Origin: an uncultured Mitsuokella sp.
GTDB lineage: Bacteria; Bacillota; Negativicutes; Selenomonadales; Selenomonadaceae
Direction: 5' to 3'
NCBI GenBank assembly: GCA_900770895.1
Contig: CAAGMF010000242.1
Span: 1-48,752, forward strand
DNA: 48,752 nucleotides
This document shows positions 48,283-48,752 of the stretch, one piece after another; within the stretch, counting starts at the first letter, position 1, and every line of letters starts with the position of its first letter. The notes under the pieces were generated by a model. It saw only the letters and a list, made by a program, of their open reading frames with translations, was not told the origin of the DNA and ran no database searches. The position numbers were made by a program, and so were the translations under genes.

Positions 48283-48522
48283 ATGCCAGGAGCACAGAAG
48301 GCGGCGATATATTGCCGCGTGTCCACGGTTCATCAGGTGGACAAGGATTCCCTGCCGATGCAGCGGCAGGATATGGTCAACTATGCCAGATATGTTTTAG
48401 GTATCGAGGATTACGAGGTGAAAGATTTCATCAACACGGTAGTATCTCACATCGTCGTGCTGGATGGGCGCGTGACACAGATCGCCTTCATCAACGGCGA
48501 GACGCATACATTCCTATACTGA
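48283..48522 (+). pseudogene. Collapsed large serine recombinase (N-terminal catalytic start fused to the C-terminal tail)
   Basis: AAIYCRVSTVHQVDKDSLPMQRQDMVNYA is a resolvase-type catalytic Ser motif. The product is only 79 aa and ends ...IVVLDGRVTQIAFINGETHTFLY, like the extreme C-terminus of large serine recombinases. Confidence 0.5.
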
Positions 48523-48529
48523 GCCACAA

Positions 48530-48565
48530 AGGCCCTCCTCATTCCCCGGGGAGGGCCTCCTTTAT
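48530..48565 (+). terminator. Hairpin after the recombinase remnant
   Basis: AGGCCCTCC (48530-48538) pairs with GGAGGGCCT (48550-48558), followed by CCTTTATCT. The T-run is weak. Confidence 0.4.
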
Positions 48566-48752
48566 CTATTTATTCTGTTTTATTCCTAGCCGCGGCCGCC
48601 CGCTGCCGGTCAAGTTCCTCGAGTTCCGCAACCTCCTTGTCGCGCTCCTCGTCCGGCTGCTTAACTGAGCAGAACATTGCATCACCAATGTACCGTTGAG
48701 TTAATCACTTGGCTTTTTCTCAATTGGGCCGAACACGCGCTCCATGCCCGCC

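Larger units (their letters stand above)
43973..48752. mobile_element. Integrase-associated mosaic genomic island; left end next to pnp, right end not in the window
   Basis: Tyrosine integrase, RhuM, an AT-rich DUF4868-like/4-TM pair, a serine recombinase remnant, abrupt local GC changes and several repeats. No att repeats were identified. Confidence 0.55.

Noticed and set aside
48570-48677. 35-codon minus-strand ORF (MFCSVKQPDEERDKEVAELEELDRQRAAAARNKTE) at the window end
   Set aside because: It is too short, has no RBS and is immediately preceded by an in-frame stop. It may be the tail of a disrupted gene, but this cannot be supported from the sequence.

Overview
This 48.7-kb window is chromosomal DNA from a Bacillota-type bacterium. 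GC is low-to-mid 50s percent by eye. The gene content plus a PilMNO-type pilus cluster hints at a Negativicutes/Selenomonadales-like host, but that is inference only. Most of the window is ordinary + strand housekeeping DNA: phoH-ybeY-era-DUF502-recO, glyQS, pncB-aroE, clpB, trpF, thiM-MTH1187-thiE and rpsO-pnp. Regulator/transporter modules are interspersed: Crp/Fnr, a divergent LysR-MFS pair, a second MFS, and a TetR gene followed by HlyD and two ABC-2 permeases. Three accessory blocks stand out. (1) At 16.27-24.05 kb, four translationally coupled genes encode a Toprim (JetD/DUF2220-like) protein, two unassigned proteins (495 and 248 aa) and a 1486-aa SMC/MukB/JetC-like ATPase. This is a Wadjet/Mks-like condensin-nuclease cassette with the Toprim gene first, fused without spacer to aroE, and it is my best candidate for a novel or atypical system. 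(2) At 36.2-41.1 kb lies a pilin, prepilin peptidase and PilMNO-like cluster with no ATPase, platform or secretin gene. Its main pilin candidate has Ser instead of Glu at position +5. (3) From 43.97 kb to the window end, a mosaic tyrosine-integrase island sits next to the pnp terminator. It carries RhuM bracketed by 18-nt direct repeats, an AT-rich DUF4868/KwaB-like gene convergent with and overlapping a 4-TM gene (Kiwa-like), and a collapsed serine recombinase. I found no rRNA, tRNA or CRISPR array. All family assignments come from motif recognition by eye, with no database search, so start codons and the weaker calls need HMM and structure checks.
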